This document shows, piece by piece, positions 1-64,000 of a DNA stretch of 64,000 bases. Source of the DNA: Tubiluchus corallicola (Eukaryota > Animalia > Priapulida); assembly GCA_030141605.1 (NCBI GenBank), contig JAQGDQ010000621.1, forward strand, positions 62,001 through 126,000. Reading direction: 5' to 3'. The translations under genes and the position numbers were made by a program. The stretch's first letter is position 1; every line of letters begins with the position of its first letter. The notes under the pieces were generated by a model. The model ran no database searches. It worked only from the letters and a program-made list of their open reading frames with translations, and was not told the origin of the DNA.

Positions 1-254
1 TTTACTTTGAAGCATCATAATGCAGTTTTAACTATGCCAACTTATGGACGGTTTTGGTTTGCAAGCATACATATTTCTCTTAGATGTTTATTTTATTTAC
101 CTACCATCTTGGCAAATTTTAGGTTAAGAAACTGTGTGATCAGGTGTTAACATTTCAATTTTAGTTTTGCATTAAGTAGCCTTTCCAAAGACTATTTAAC
201 TGTTGTTGAAATGAGCCCACCAGAAGTTGCGGAATGTAAAATGCAACTTTTCAG

Positions 255-63437
<63,183 letters not shown>

Positions 63438-63564
63438 GTAAATTTCACATTACAGTAGGCGTTTTTTGTTATTTAGATTAAAGCGGAGTTTATTAATGTA
63501 ACACTGTTTTGCCGACATTGCTGCATTTGTATGAAACGACAGTGCTGTTAGTGTTTTTGCTTTT

Positions 63565-64000
63565 TTATGTGGAGTAACAAGATTACCATCATTCTTTTAT
63601 ATGAAATTGCAAAGTTGCTTTTATTTTTTATGAAATACAATATTGTTGTTACTCTTTTATATGAAATTACATGTTGATTTTCGCTTTTCTATGGAATAAA
63701 CATGTTGCTGTTATTCTCTTATGTGGGACAATAATAAATTATGTTGTTACTGTTGCTTTTGTATGGAGTAACAATATTGTTGTTAATTCTGTATAACAGT
63801 GGCATTCTATGTAAGAGTGTTATTATTATTATTATTGTATTATATAACAAATATTGTTGCTACCTTTTTATATGGAATAACAATGTTGTTGTTACCCTCT
63901 TATATGGAATAATAATGTTGTTGTCACCCTCTTATATGGAATAACCATGTTCTTGTCACCCTCTTATGTGGAATAACAATGTTATTGTCACCCTCTTATA
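63565..64000. repeat. degenerate ~30-33-bp minisatellite (tatggaataacaatgttgttgttaccctctta)
   Basis: Seen directly; runs off the window end. Confidence 0.85.

Overview
AT-rich eukaryotic (invertebrate-like metazoan) genomic DNA lying entirely inside one giant + strand muscle gene of the titin/connectin family. Neither the start nor the stop of the gene is in the window. I could trace 58 GT-AG exons with consistent phases (about 15.8 kb of coding sequence, about 5,270 aa). In order they encode: E/K/P/V-rich exons; an Ig domain followed by a motif resembling titin UN2A / the MyBP-C M-domain; a very large PEVK-like region of 27 symmetric phase-1 exons (including a 3.1-kb exon of 24-aa/72-aa nested repeats and an array of 58-aa cassette exons, with three decayed copies alongside); ten tandem Ig domains; then Fn3-Fn3-Ig-Ig-Fn3. 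Introns hold hAT- and Tc1/mariner-type MITEs (some nested), RTE and Rex1-type LINE fragments, tRNA- and 5S-derived SINE-like heads, and mini/microsatellites. The most striking unexplained structure is a ~530-560 bp intronic inverted repeat (about 9125-9655 and 27368-27930). It brackets 19 PEVK exons (~3,220 aa) and could form an 18-kb-range pre-mRNA duplex that switches the whole elastic block in or out in frame. All calls are by eye; no searches were run.
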